Shown here in pieces: positions 50,520-59,720 of a stretch of 64,000 nt of DNA. Source of the stretch: Acidimicrobiia bacterium (lineage in GTDB: Bacteria; Actinomycetota; Acidimicrobiia; Spongiisociales; ZC4RG35); NCBI GenBank assembly GCA_050329555.1, contig JBHJOQ010000036.1, forward strand, positions 13,962 through 77,961, written 5' to 3'. The translations under genes and the position numbers were made by a program. The notes beneath the pieces are model-generated. The model was not told the DNA's origin and made no database searches. It saw only the letters and a list, made by a program, of their open reading frames with translations. Position 1 is the stretch's first letter. Each line of letters begins with the position of its first letter.

Positions 50520-52467
50520 TCACCCTGGCGCCGAGTTCGACCACCCGGCTGGTGTCCAACCCGAAATATTCTCCTGCGCTGGTCGCGTTGCGATACATGA
50601 AGGGAACAGCCCGGTCCTCCATCCCCGCATCTCACCACCGGCGAGGTTCACCACCGATTCCCTCCCGAGGAAGTAGGTCGTCTCCTCACGATGGATGCCA
50701 AGATCGGCATCGACGATGTTCTCCAACTCCAGCGGGACGTTTGGCTCCTCGATGAATCCGAACAGAAGCACCACCTGGAAGAAGCCTTCGCCAAGGGGAT
50801 GCACGGTCACCCGCTCCGCCCGATGAACTTTTGGCCTCCCCGCCGTGCGAACCGAAACGAGGACAACTGTCTTATGGAGGACCTTGTTGTGCCTCAGGTT
50901 GGCGAGCAGGGCGGGTGGGGTGGTGCCCGGCTCGGGAAACAAATACACGGCGGTCCCCTGGACTCTGATCTGGGGATGAGTCGAAATCGAACCGATGAAC
51001 CGCTCCACCGGGAGCTCGCCGCGCTTTATTTCCTTGGCGAGACGCTGTTTGCCGGCCTTCCAGGCAGTGAGCAGCGTGAAGACGAAGGCAGCGACGGCGA
51101 GGGGGAACCAACCACCATCGGGCACCTTGCCGATGTTGGCCGCGAAGAAGGCCAGATCGACGAGGAGGAACACCGATGTCAACGAGATCGATACGAGGCG
51201 GCTCCATCCCCAGCGTTCGCGCATCACCACATACATAAGGAGGGTGGTTATCACCATCGTCGTGGTGACCGCGACGCCATAGGCCGCGGCGAAATTGCCC
51301 GACGTCCTGAAGGCGACTACGAGGCCGATACAAAGGACCATGAGGGCCCAGTTGATGCTGGCGATATAGATCTGTCCGAATTCCCGGGGCGAGGTGTGGT
51401 CGATACGCAAGCGGGGGAGATATCCGAGTTGCACCGCCTGCATGGTCAGGGAGTAGGCGCCCGATATGAGCGCCTGTGAAGCGATGACCATCGCCAACAT
51501 CGCCAGGACAACAAGGGGTAGAACGGCCCAACCCGGCGGCATTCTGAAGAACGGGTTGTCGATTGATGCGGGATTGGAGATGAGCATCGCCCCTTGGCCG
51601 AAATAGTTGAGCAGCAACGCAGGGAACACCACCACATACCACCCGAGTCGGATCGGGCGTCGGCCGAAGTGGCCCATGTCGGCATACAGCGCCTCGCTTC
51701 CGGTGACGACCAGGAAGATCGATCCGAGGGCTTGAAACGCCGCTCGGGGATGGCCGACCACGAAGTCGATGGCATGAAGCGGATTCATCGCGGCGAGGAT
51801 CCCCGGGTTGTCGATCACGTAGTCGGCACCGAGGAGGGCGAGGACACCAAACCATATGATCATCACCGGGCCGAAAATCGCGCCCACTCTTGCGGTCCCG
51901 GTTCGCTGGACGCCGAAGAGAGCGATGAGGATCGCCACTGCGATGGGGATGACATGGTCACCAAACGCCGGCGCGGCGATTTCGAGGCCTTCGACCGCGG
52001 AGAGGACGGAGATTGCCGGAGTGATGATCCCGTCGCCGTAGAGGAGGGCGGTCCCGAAGAGTCCGAGAAGGATCAGGAACCACTTGACCCTGTCGGGGCA
52101 GGTGCGGTGGGCCGGAGCGATCAGCGCGGTGAGCGCCAGGATGCCTCCTTCACCGTGGTTGTCGGCCCTTCATCACGAAGATGAGGTACTTGATCGAGAC
52201 GATCAGGACCAGAGCCCAGAACATCAACGAGAGGATGCCGAACACACTCTCGGTGTTAACTGCGAGACCCTCGGCAGCGTGGAAGGACTCACGGGAGGCG
52301 TAGAGCGGGCTGGTGCCGATGTCCCCGTAGACGATGCCGAGGGCGCCGACCGAGAGCAGGAGTAGATAGCGGCCTCTGGTGACCTCAGGGGCCGGATGGT
52401 TGGGCAGATCTGGTTCGAGGTCCGCACCTGGTCGGTAGCCCTCGGCATCCGGTTCTCGGTCTGGCAT
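50520..52467 (-). pseudogene. kup: KUP/HAK potassium transporter interrupted by a +1 frameshift near 52164-52168, yielding ORFs 52150..52467 and 50520..51938
   Basis: The N-terminal ORF carries the Kup signature [13 protein letters not shown]...[10 protein letters not shown]. After one extra G/C in a GGCCC run, the next frame continues without stop as [19 protein letters not shown]...FGDHVIPIAVAILIALFGVQRTGT into the 472-aa C-terminal ORF. Confidence 0.8.
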
Positions 52468-52508
52468 AACCGGTCAAGAGTACACCTGTCCTGGTGCTGA
52501 TTCTCCTC

Positions 52509-53888
52509 TCAGGAGACGTCACGGCCGAGGTTGGCGAAGCGGGTGAACTCGGGCTGGAAAGTGAGCCGGACCGGGCCGGTGGAGCCGGCTCGATGCTTAG
52601 CAACGATCACCTCGGCGATGCCCCGGTTCTCGTGGTTCTCCGGGTTGTAATACTCGTCGCGGTAGATGAACATCACTACGTCGGCGTCCTGTTCGATCGA
52701 CCCCGACTCACGGAGGTCGGCGAGGCGGGGGCGCTTGTCCTCCCTCGACTCCAACGATCGGTTGAGCTGGGACACGGCGATCACCGGAACGTCGAGCTCA
52801 CGGGCGAGGTTCTTCAAGTTCCTGCTGATCTGGGCGATCTCCTGCTGTCGGTTCTCCCGACCCGAAGCCTCCATCAGCTGGATGTAATCGACGACGACCA
52901 GCGACAATCCCCGCTTCCGTTTCAGCCGCCGGCACTTGGCCCGGATGTCGGTGACGGTGACGATCGGGGAGTCGTCGATGTAGATCGGCGCCTGGTACAT
53001 TTTCCCGGCGGCGTCGACGACCTTCTGCCACAGCGGTCCGAGCTGGCCCGAGCGGAGCTTCATCGAGTCGACCTTGCCGACCGAGGACAGGATGCGCTGG
53101 ACGATCTCCTCTTTTGACATCTCCAGGGAGAAGATGGCCACCGCTTCGCCGGCAATGGCCGCGTTGGTGGCGATGTTCATCGTCAACGAGCTCTTCCCCA
53201 TTGCGGGGCGAGCGGCGATGACTATCAGATTGGCGGGCTGCATGCCGGCAAGCTTCTTATCGAGGTCGATGAAACCAGTTGCCAGCCCGGTGAGCTCGCT
53301 CCCCTGCTGCTCCAGCATCTCCATGTGCTCGAGCACTGCATTGAACATCGGCCCGACCTCGAGAAGGGTCTGCGAAGTGCGCTTCTCGGCTACCGCGAGA
53401 ACCGCCTGCTCGGAGCGGTCGAGGACGTTGATGATCTCTTCGTCGATGTTGAAGGCGAAATCGGTGATTGCCGACCCGGCGCGAATCAGTTCGCGGCGTT
53501 TGGCGTGCTCTTCGACGATTCCGGCGTAGTAGACGATGTTGGAGGTGGACGGGACGATATCGACGAGACGGGTCAGATACTGAACGCCGCCGATCTTCTC
53601 CAGTTCGCCGTGGCGCCGCAACTCCTCTGACACCGTCACCACGTCGATTGCCTGGCTCGTGTCGAAGAGGATCCTGATCGCTTCGAACACGGCCTGATGA
53701 GCGGGTATGTAGAAGTCCTCGGGTCGGAGCTGGTCCATCACATCGTTGACCGCGTCCTCCGACAAGAGCACGGCACCGAGAACTGACTCTTCGGCTTCGC
53801 GCGAGTGAGGCGGGTTTCGATAGCCCGGTCTCAATTGCCTCTCGTCAGATGTCATCGTCATATTTCGTCCTCGATTACAAGATGCCAC
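52509..53888 (-). CDS. dnaB: Replicative DNA helicase (no intein)
   Basis: Walker A ARPAMGKSS and other DnaB motifs. 459 aa. Confidence 0.95.
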   Translation of the reverse strand: MASCNRGRNMTMTSDERQLRPGYRNPPHSREAEESVLGAVLLSEDAVNDVMDQLRPEDFYIPAHQAVFEAIRILFDTSQAIDVVTVSEELRRHGELEKIGGVQYLTRLVDIVPSTSNIVYYAGIVEEHAKRRELIRAGSAITDFAFNIDEEIINVLDRSEQAVLAVAEKRTSQTLLEVGPMFNAVLEHMEMLEQQGSELTGLATGFIDLDKKLAGMQPANLIVIAARPAMGKSSLTMNIATNAAIAGEAVAIFSLEMSKEEIVQRILSSVGKVDSMKLRSGQLGPLWQKVVDAAGKMYQAPIYIDDSPIVTVTDIRAKCRRLKRKRGLSLVVVDYIQLMEASGRENRQQEIAQISRNLKNLARELDVPVIAVSQLNRSLESREDKRPRLADLRESGSIEQDADVVMFIYRDEYYNPENHENRGIAEVIVAKHRAGSTGPVRLTFQPEFTRFANLGRDVS

Positions 53889-54027
53889 CCGCCTGGGACA
53901 GAATCGACGGCCAGGAGGTCCTGGCGCGTAGGACCCCGCCGCGTTGGGGAAGGAGAATCTGCTCAGCGGGGGGAAGTAGAACTGAACTTAGAACACACTG
54001 GCCCGGTTACCAACCCGAGACGCTACA

Positions 54028-54089
54028 TGTTTTTCGCGAAGCACCAGAAACATCGCAACCCGCGAAAACATGCACTGTTTTCGCGGGTT
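54028..54089. promoter_or_regulatory. Two overlapping palindromes between rplI and dnaB (likely rplI terminator or dnaB leader structure)
   Basis: CATGTTTTTCGCG...CGCGAAAACATG, and the perfect hairpin CCCGCGAAAACA-TGCAC-TGTTTTCGCGGG. Confidence 0.6.
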
Positions 54090-54157
54090 CCTGCATCTCG
54101 GTACGAACTCTATGCCCCAGGTATCACTATTGAGACGCTGCGCCTTAGGATCGGTTC

Positions 54158-54604
54158 TTATGCCGGGATGATGTCGAGGGTTACCGGGAACTGGACTTCG
54201 GGGTGGAGGTTGACGTTGATTTCGTGGAGCCCGATCGCCTTGATTGGCTTGGGGATGACAACATCTTTCCTATCGATATCGACTCCGGCGAAGCGCCGGA
54301 TGCCCTCGACCACGTCGGCCACTGACACCGAGCCGTACAGCTGTCCCTCATCACCGGCCTGCGCGGCGAGGACCACCCTGGTGCCCACCAGCTGGGCGGC
54401 AACGTTCTCAGCTATGTCCTTGGCCCGCTTTGCCGCCTCGATTCGGGCAGCGCGTACTGACTCGGCGTGCTCGAGAGCTGACACGCTTGCTTTCACTGCC
54501 TTTTTCCTGGGGAGCAGGTAGTTGCGGCCATACCCATCGCTGACGTCGACCACGTCACCGCTCTTGCCGAGTTCGGCGACGTCGGAGGTGAGTATCAGCT
54601 TCAT
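54158..54604 (-). CDS. rplI: 50S ribosomal protein L9
   Basis: [32 protein letters not shown]. Confidence 0.95.
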   Translation of the reverse strand: MKLILTSDVAELGKSGDVVDVSDGYGRNYLLPRKKAVKASVSALEHAESVRAARIEAAKRAKDIAENVAAQLVGTRVVLAAQAGDEGQLYGSVSVADVVEGIRRFAGVDIDRKDVVIPKPIKAIGLHEINVNLHPEVQFPVTLDIIPA

Positions 54605-54882
54605 CGCGTCGAAACGTACGGAAGCAACGCCATCTCACGGGCGTTCTTGATCGCTAGTGCCACTTCACGTTGGTGCCGGGGGCAGTTGCCTGAGACCCGA
54701 CGACCACGGATCTTGGCCCGGTCGGACAGGTATTTGCGCAGGACCGCGGTGTCTTTCCAGTCGATGACCAACGACCGGTCGTGGCAGAAAGCACAGGGCT
54801 TGGCCCGCATGCGGCGGGTGTCCGGCGCTCGGCGCCGGCCTTTGGCCGCCTTTCGATCACTGCTGTTGCTTTTGCGTCCCAT
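54601..54882 (-). CDS. rpsR: 30S ribosomal protein S18
   Basis: [29 protein letters not shown]. Confidence 0.95.
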   Translation of the reverse strand: MGRKSNSSDRKAAKGRRRAPDTRRMRAKPCAFCHDRSLVIDWKDTAVLRKYLSDRAKIRGRRVSGNCPRHQREVALAIKNAREMALLPYVSTR

Positions 54883-54896
54883 TTTCTAAACTCCTT

Positions 54897-55352
54897 TTAG
54901 AACGGCGCCTCATCGGGGCCGTAGTCGTCACGGGCGACCGGGGCCGGGGGCACCTTCTTGCCGCCGTCACCGCCGCCACCCCCGAAGTCTCCCTCGGAGC
55001 GCTGAGTCTTGTTGACGGTTGCTGTGGCCCACCGCAGGGAGGGCCCGATTTCGTCGATCTGAACCTCGACAACGGATCGCTTGTCGCCGTCATCGGTCTC
55101 CCAGCTACGCTGTTCGAGGCGTCCTGAGACGATGACCCGGGTCCCCTTCTGCAGCGACTCGGCAACCGTTTCAGCCTGTTCGCGCCATACCGTTCCGGTG
55201 AAGAAGCTGGTCTGCTCCTGCCATTCGCCGTCCTGGCCGCGCCAGCGGCGGTTCACAGCAAAACGGACCTTGGCCATTGCCACGCCCGACGGCGTGAACC
55301 TGAGCTCGGGGTCGTCTACGAGATTCCCGATAAGTGTGACATTGTTCGACAT
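54897..55352 (-). CDS. ssb: Single-stranded DNA-binding protein
   Basis: OB-fold N-terminus, Gly-rich tail and a C-terminal acidic DEAPF. Confidence 0.95.
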   Translation of the reverse strand: MSNNVTLIGNLVDDPELRFTPSGVAMAKVRFAVNRRWRGQDGEWQEQTSFFTGTVWREQAETVAESLQKGTRVIVSGRLEQRSWETDDGDKRSVVEVQIDEIGPSLRWATATVNKTQRSEGDFGGGGGDGGKKVPPAPVARDDYGPDEAPF

Positions 55353-55412
55353 TGAGATCTCCTCTGATCACATCCACCAACGATCATGCCGTGTTGGTGT
55401 GACGGAATCCAG

Positions 55413-55700
55413 TCAGTTGTTCTTACCCACGATCTTGTGGCGCACGATTTCGTCGGAGAGCGTCAACATCCGATCCACCGTGTGTACGACGTCGGCTTCC
55501 CCCTGGAAGTTGACCACCGTGTAATAGCCCTCGGTGATGTGGTCGATCTCGTAAGCAAAGCGGCGCTTCCCCCAGAGATCCCGCCCGGTGACCGAGCACC
55601 CTGCACTAGCCAGGGCAGCTTCGAGTTCTCCGACCTTGCCTTCGATTTCACTCTCGGCCAGCTCCGGCCGGTGAATCGTCATCAGTTCATAGTCGCGCAT
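55413..55700 (-). CDS. rpsF: 30S ribosomal protein S6
   Basis: MRDYELMTIHRPEL... with Shine-Dalgarno AGGAGG upstream. Confidence 0.9.
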   Translation of the reverse strand: MRDYELMTIHRPELAESEIEGKVGELEAALASAGCSVTGRDLWGKRRFAYEIDHITEGYYTVVNFQGEADVVHTVDRMLTLSDEIVRHKIVGKNN

Positions 55701-55830
55701 ATGACCTCCTGTGGACATCCGTAACTTGGAAGGCCCCACCTACATGATGGAGCAGGGGTGTTGCACCCGACCGCGCGTGCGTCGAGGCACAGCTGAGTCT
55801 AACCGTCGCCGCCGTGAATCCACATTCGAA

Positions 55831-56283
55831 TCAGTCGAGGCTCACCATCTCGCCGACGGAAAAGCCGTAGCGGCCCATCTCGGTCTCGAGAACCCAAAGC
55901 ACCGGGCGCGGGGACGGATAAGAGGGGCATGGCTCGGAATCGCACGGCTCCATCTCTGTGGTGCCCACGATTGTTCCTCCGGCGTCTATGAACCATATGT
56001 CCAGGGGAATCAGGGTGTCCATCATCGTGTATGACACGGGCCCCTCGGCATCGTGAATGAACAACATGCCGTCCAGTCCTCCCAGGTCGGGGGCCGCCCG
56101 CAGTCCCTGGGACCGCTCCGCTGATGTGTCGGCCAAAGCCACTACGAGCCTGTCGTCGCCGACCACCACCGTCGCAATGTCTCCGTCGAAGAAGGGGCTT
56201 GCCGGGATCGTGCTCGATTCTGGAAGCCTTGTGGGGAGCGAGGTCACACCCGTTTCTGCGGCACAGGAGACGGCGAGAAGCAC
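55831..56283 (-). CDS. DUF192-domain protein (COG1430), probably with an N-terminal lipoprotein signal. Start unclear.
   Basis: Motifs AERSQGL, GMLF and TLIPLDIWFID. The in-frame upstream sequence RRALGWLAVRLIFLAGAVLLAVSC lacks a canonical start codon and overlaps the panB 3' end. Confidence 0.65.
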   Translation of the reverse strand: MLLAVSCAAETGVTSLPTRLPESSTIPASPFFDGDIATVVVGDDRLVVALADTSAERSQGLRAAPDLGGLDGMLFIHDAEGPVSYTMMDTLIPLDIWFIDAGGTIVGTTEMEPCDSEPCPSYPSPRPVLWVLETEMGRYGFSVGEMVSLD

Positions 56284-56300
56284 AGCCCCGGCCAGGAAGA

Positions 56301-57149
56301 TCAGGCGGACGGCGAGCCACCCAAGAGCTCGGCGGCCACCTCGTGGGTGACGTGGTAGCTCTCGTCTTCGCCCGGGAACGAACCGGAGCCGACGTCGGCC
56401 ACGTAGCGCTCGAGGGCGGCAACGGCATCGTCGGCGAGGCTGGCATAGCTGCGAACGAACTTCGGATAACGCCCGGAACCAAGGCCGAGGACATCATGGA
56501 AGACCAGAACCTGCCCGTCGGTGTGCGGCCCTGCCCCGATCCCGATCGTCGGGGCGTCGACCTCTTTGGTGATTATCTCGCCGAGAACATCGGGCACACC
56601 TTCGATGACGATGGCGAAGCAGCCGGCCTCCGAGAGGGCTCTGGCGTCGGCGATGAGGCTCCGAGCCACCTCCACGACCTTCCCCTGGACTTTGAAACCG
56701 CCCATCCGATGGACCGATTGCGGGGTGAGCCCGACATGGCCCATGACCGGGATCTCGGCATCGAGGATTGCTTCGACCATGGGAATCCGCTTGACACCAC
56801 CCTCGAGTTTGACCGCTTCGGCGCCACCCTCGCGGACCAGGCGGCCGGCGTTGCGAACCGTCTCCTCGGTTGAGACGTGAAAGCTCAGCCATGGCATGTC
56901 GGTGACGACCAGCGCTGACGGCTTTGCGCGCTTCACCGCCCTGGTGTGCACGATCATGTCGTCGACGTCGACGCCCAGGGTGTCGTCCATCCCGTGGACG
57001 ACATTGGCCACCGAGTCGCCGATGAGGATGATGTCGACACCGGCGCGGTCGGCAATCACCGCCGACGGGTAGTCGTACGCAGTGACCATCGAAATCTTGG
57101 GACCGCCCTTGCGGTCCTTGATTAGCGGGGCCGTGACCTTCTCTGACAT
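56301..57149 (-). CDS. panB: 3-methyl-2-oxobutanoate hydroxymethyltransferase
   Basis: 282 aa with KISMVTAYDY and the GDS/HVG motifs. Confidence 0.95.
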   Translation of the reverse strand: MSEKVTAPLIKDRKGGPKISMVTAYDYPSAVIADRAGVDIILIGDSVANVVHGMDDTLGVDVDDMIVHTRAVKRAKPSALVVTDMPWLSFHVSTEETVRNAGRLVREGGAEAVKLEGGVKRIPMVEAILDAEIPVMGHVGLTPQSVHRMGGFKVQGKVVEVARSLIADARALSEAGCFAIVIEGVPDVLGEIITKEVDAPTIGIGAGPHTDGQVLVFHDVLGLGSGRYPKFVRSYASLADDAVAALERYVADVGSGSFPGEDESYHVTHEVAAELLGGSPSA

Positions 57150-57219
57150 GGGGTAATGCTACCCCGGCGCAGGAGTTGGGCTCGACGCGTGCACTTCAAA
57201 CGGGGACGCCCACCTACCG

Positions 57220-57330
57220 TTCTGTGTCGATTTGGGTTCCTTGTGCGGACCTGGGTTCAAGTGGTGAGCGCGTCCTCCCTTCTGTGTCGATTCTTGTTCC
57301 TTACGCCGGACCATTCCCGACACAAAAGGG
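57220..57330. repeat. Two tandem left-arm copies (TTCTGTGTCGATT..GTTCCTT..GGACC) plus one degenerate right arm (CGACACAAAAGG) of the palindromic repeat family
   Basis: 57220-57231 and 57280-57291 are both TTCTGTGTCGAT. Right arm at 57319-57330. Confidence 0.75.
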
Positions 57331-57339
57331 TGTTACGGA

Positions 57340-59388
57340 TCATCCCTTGCCGTTGATCAGCGCCATTAGGTCGTCGAAGTCATCGAGGTCGAGTGACTGA
57401 GCTCCGTCACTGAGGGCCTCTGCCGGATTCGGGTGGATCTCCACCATCAGGCCGTGCGCCCCCACAGCCTGACCGGCCAAAGCCAGAGGCGTCACCAGCT
57501 GGCGGTCGCCTGCGGCGTGTGACGGGTCGATGATCACCGGAAGGTGGGTCCGCTGCTTGAGGACGGGCACCGCCGCCACATCGAGGGTGTTGCGTGTCGA
57601 TGTCTCGAAAGTGCGGATCCCGCGTTCACACAGGAACACCTGCTGGTTCCCGGCGTCGAGGATGTATTCGGCAGCCTGCAACCACTCGTCCAGCGATGCG
57701 CTCATCCCGCGCTTGAGCATCACCGGGCGCGACGACCGGCCTGCCTCGGAGAGCAGCGTGAAATTCTGCATGTTCCGGGCACCGATCTGGAGGATGTCGG
57801 CGGTTTCGGACATGCGCTCGACGTGCTCTGGCGCCATAACCTCGGTGACTATGGGCATGCCGTGGACCCGTCCCGCCTCGACGAGCATCTCGAGACCCTC
57901 GAATCCGAGTCCCTGGAAGCTGTACGGCGAGGACCTCGGCTTGAAACAGCCTCCTCGGAGGATGGTCGCTCCGGCAGCCTTTGCCCCTGCCGCTGCCGCC
58001 ATCACCTGTTCGAACGACTCGACTGCGCACGGGCCGGCGATTACGACAAAATCGTCGCCGCCGATCTTCACCCCGCCCACGTCGATGACCGTGCCCTCCT
58101 CATTCTGCTCCCTGCTCGCAAGGCGGTACCCCGAAGCCTTGACCGGGGAAGCAGCCGCCTGCGCCCCGGCCGGTTTGACCCTGGGCCGCTCCACGTCCGG
58201 CGTCAGTTTCAGGTTCCGCTTCTGGGGACGGAGGTCCTGAGATGGGTAGCTTCCGAGGACCCTCACGAACTTGGCATGCCGCCTCACCCCGTCGAGTGCG
58301 AGCTGCACGTGCGGCGAAGAGACATTGCCGTCGAAATCGACGTAGAACATCTCCTCCCACGGGTTGTCGATCATCGGCCTCGACTCGAGCTTCACCAGCG
58401 GGATGTCCTGCTCCTTGAACTGGGCGAGGACTTCCATCAGGGCTCCGGGGGCATTGCCCACGGAAAGAACCAGAGAAGTCTTCGAGGGGATCTGCGGGTC
58501 GACCGAGATCGGATCGCGGGCCACCACCAGGAATCGGGTGTAATTCTCCTTACGGTTGCCAATCGCCCGCTTCAGCACCTTGAGCCCGAACCGGCGCGCC
58601 GCCTCCTCGCTGGCGATAGCGCCAATCGCAGGATCACCGATTGACTTGATCCGCCGGCCCGACATCGCTGTGTCGCCGAAAAAGACAACTTCGACCTCTG
58701 GAAGCTCCCCGAGGAAGTCGGAGCACTGGGTAACCGCCTGGGGATGGCCGTAGATGCTCTTGATTGTGTCCAGGGATGAGTCCTCCGTCCCCAGCAGGCA
58801 ATGCTGCACCCGGTACTTGACCTCCCCGATGACGGCGAGGCGGGAGTGGAGCAGCACGTCGTACACCTCGGCGATGCCCCCGGAGGTGGTGTTCTCCACC
58901 GGCAACATGGCGACATCGGCGCGGCCCTGTTCCACCGCGCTGGCCACATCGGCGAAACGGGTGCATCCGAGGAGCGAGATCTCCACCGGCTTGTCGCGGA
59001 AGAACTGTTCGGCCGCAAGCTGGCTGTACGAGCCTTCGATGCCCTGGAGAGCGACAACGGCGGTCGACCCGCCGCCGTTGAGCAGGCCCTGGAAGTGGTC
59101 GTGCTGCAGGCTGACCGAATCAGCGATGATCTGCTCCCAGATCCGGACGACGAGCCCGGGGTCGAGGTCATGGTCCCTGGCGGCCTCAACCCTCTTGGTC
59201 AGAAGCGAATTCTCCCGGTCTTCGTCCCGGAAGGGACGTTTGGCGCGCTGCTTCTCGCCGGCGATCGCTGACGAAACCCGCCGCCGCTCGGCGAGTAGGG
59301 CCAGGATCTGATCGTCGATTCCATCGACGTCTTCTCGCAAGCTGTCGATCGGTTTATCGACGGGCTCTTTCTTTGTTGGTTCTTCCAT
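57340..59388 (-). CDS. Trifunctional fusion: chorismate mutase + prephenate dehydratase + ACT + type I-beta DAHP synthase
   Basis: Start MEEPTKK at 59388 with Shine-Dalgarno GGAG. AroQ chorismate-mutase helix region, prephenate-dehydratase motifs (TRF, ESRP), ACT domain, then a DAHPS/KDO8PS-like TIM barrel (GPCAVES, KPRSSPYSFQG). Confidence 0.85.
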   Translation of the reverse strand: MEEPTKKEPVDKPIDSLREDVDGIDDQILALLAERRRVSSAIAGEKQRAKRPFRDEDRENSLLTKRVEAARDHDLDPGLVVRIWEQIIADSVSLQHDHFQGLLNGGGSTAVVALQGIEGSYSQLAAEQFFRDKPVEISLLGCTRFADVASAVEQGRADVAMLPVENTTSGGIAEVYDVLLHSRLAVIGEVKYRVQHCLLGTEDSSLDTIKSIYGHPQAVTQCSDFLGELPEVEVVFFGDTAMSGRRIKSIGDPAIGAIASEEAARRFGLKVLKRAIGNRKENYTRFLVVARDPISVDPQIPSKTSLVLSVGNAPGALMEVLAQFKEQDIPLVKLESRPMIDNPWEEMFYVDFDGNVSSPHVQLALDGVRRHAKFVRVLGSYPSQDLRPQKRNLKLTPDVERPRVKPAGAQAAASPVKASGYRLASREQNEEGTVIDVGGVKIGGDDFVVIAGPCAVESFEQVMAAAAGAKAAGATILRGGCFKPRSSPYSFQGLGFEGLEMLVEAGRVHGMPIVTEVMAPEHVERMSETADILQIGARNMQNFTLLSEAGRSSRPVMLKRGMSASLDEWLQAAEYILDAGNQQVFLCERGIRTFETSTRNTLDVAAVPVLKQRTHLPVIIDPSHAAGDRQLVTPLALAGQAVGAHGLMVEIHPNPAEALSDGAQSLDLDDFDDLMALINGKG

Positions 59389-59720
59389 GGTGTAACTCCG
59401 AACACGTTTAGTGAGTGGCTGGTGGACTGAATCGGTGCGGCGGGGGTGGGGTGTATACGGCGTCAGACGCCGAAATAGCCGCGGAAGAACGCTGCTGAGA
59501 AAACCGGCCGGGAGGCCGCGGTGCGCAACGCTAAGTCCACAACGTTGATTGTCCACTCTTTCGGCCTCTACGTCAACCCCGGATATCGGTTTCACGTCCA
59601 GCGCAACGACGGAAGGGTTCCCCCGGTTTCGCTGATGACCCGCACCGCGCTTTACGCTGCACCGGCACGATCGGAGGAACACTGGGCACCAACAACGCAA
59701 TCATCCACGGGACCGGGCTG

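Noticed and set aside
52509-53888. Intein in dnaB
   Set aside because: The protein is 459 aa with contiguous helicase motifs and no insertion.
55799-56497. 232-aa Arg-rich minus-strand ORF overlapping DUF192 and panB
   Set aside because: It is in an alternative frame of two better-supported genes and has biased composition.
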